A stretch of DNA of 63,892 bases, the filler included, from Octopus bimaculoides (Eukaryota): the NCBI RefSeq assembly GCF_001194135.2. It is 5 parts of 4 records of this genome, joined end to end, with 100 filler letters (N's around TTAATTAATTAA, not from the genome) between each part and the next. Parts side by side here need not be neighbours in the genome. Positions count along the whole stretch, not along the records: positions 62,709 to 63,892 come from NW_026378403.1; 4 more parts are not named here. The stretch is one strand, 5' to 3'. Under the pieces are notes generated by a model. The model had not been told where the DNA came from and searched no databases. It saw only the letters and a program-made list of their open reading frames with translations. Made by a program: the position numbers and the translations under genes. This document shows, piece after piece, positions 62,709 through 63,892 of this stretch; within the stretch, counting starts at the first letter, position 1, and each line of letters begins with the position of its first letter.

Positions 62709-63892
62709 AGAATATTTAAATCGATTAAAATTATCGAAAATCAATTCTATTCAAAAATGTAGCTAATCTCCAGGTCAATATACAACAATTATAATAATAA
62801 AAGAATGTATAAATCAACCAACAATAAATAACAAATGAATGTATATAAAATATTTATTATATTAAGATAGAAAAATATTATCAAGAATATCAAAATTATA
62901 GACATTCCATAATCAACCCTACGTCCATTATAATACAAGCAAACAGAAATATTATATGCAAAAACCAACTTTAAACGAATTTTTCGTTTAAAATACAATT
63001 TGAACGAAGTTTTAGGTTAAAATAATAAAGATAGAACTAGCAAATATCTAAACGATGCAATAGTTTAAACTAAAAGGTTTTAGACTAAAACTTTTATTTA
63101 AAAGAAGTCTCGTGAAAATATTACGTAAACAATAGGAATAGAATAAATAGATATAAAAATATGAATGAAAATTTTATTATGAATGAAAAATTAAACTTTA
63201 TATAACTTAGGTCATAATAAAACAATTAATGATATTGTATAATCAAAGAAATTAGATAAAAAGACTAGTTATTTATTCCATAAAATAAAAAGAAATATTA
63301 AACAGTATTAATGGAAAAAATTCAACCCTAATCTAATCGAAGTCTTAGTTTAGGCTAAGATGATACACATACTACTAATTAATTTAGTGTTAAAAAAGGT
63401 ACTGACGAAAATTATCATTAAAAATCAATTGAATAATATAAAAATACATTTTTTTTTTTCAAACAATGATATAAAGTCATTTAACAAAGTTAGAAACGAT
63501 ACTTATCGCTCCACTGCTGCAGTTCAAACTAAAACTTAGACGTTAAACTCAGAACTAGAGCGTTTATTAGAAAGAGGTCGCGCGAAGATACTACGTTAAG
63601 ATAGAGAATAGAATAAAGAGATACAAAAACATGAATGAAAGATTTAAACTTTATATAACTTACAGCGTAAAAAATATTAACTATATTGTAAAACATTTTA
63701 ATGAACTTTAAATTCTAAGTAATTATAAATTTTAAATAATAAGACTAAGAAACTTAACTTAAATAATATATATGAAATAAGCTAAAATACTATTGATTTA
63801 ATTAATAAAAATATTTATATTATTAATCTTATAAAAATCGTGGTCATTACAATATTAAATCCTTAAACTCACTAAAATATTAACGTACCAAT
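62709..63892. other. Extremely AT-rich segment with a diverged internal duplication, unassigned
   Basis: ~63055-63215 aligns to ~63518-63665; no long ORF. Confidence 0.45.

Noticed and set aside
1-63892. CRISPR arrays, rRNA, prokaryotic operons
   Set aside because: No repeat-spacer arrays, rRNA-like sequence or dense coding; window is eukaryotic repeat-rich DNA

Overview
AT-rich eukaryotic (metazoan) DNA from a draft assembly, with roughly 5-6 kb of N gaps and four TTAATTAATTAA scaffold spacers. It is saturated with microsatellites and transposon remnants. The SINE, RTE and Penelope repertoire resembles octopus genomes, but that is my recognition of the families, not a database result. No complete, confidently identifiable host gene is present; there are only a few low-confidence candidate exons. 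Recognisable elements: (1) at least three Penelope-like (PLE) families, several with minimal hammerhead ribozymes (HHR); (2) RTE LINEs carrying a C4HC3 PHD-type finger downstream of the RT catalytic motif, plus short elements sharing their 3' tail; (3) R4/Dong-like LINE pieces joined to (TAA)n, and CRE-like, L1/Tx1-like and CR1/L2-like fragments; (4) a Gypsy 5' LTR+gag and a second Gypsy gag; (5) five Tc1/mariner relics, an internally deleted piggyBac with intact TTAA/TIRs, and a TTAA MITE; (6) two abundant tRNA-derived SINE families. The most notable structure is a PLE 3' module (31915-32617, second copy 34782-35230). In it the GIY-YIG C-terminus is followed by a built-in tRNA-like Pol III A/B-box cassette and then a minimal hammerhead. 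Most boundaries were read by eye and are approximate.
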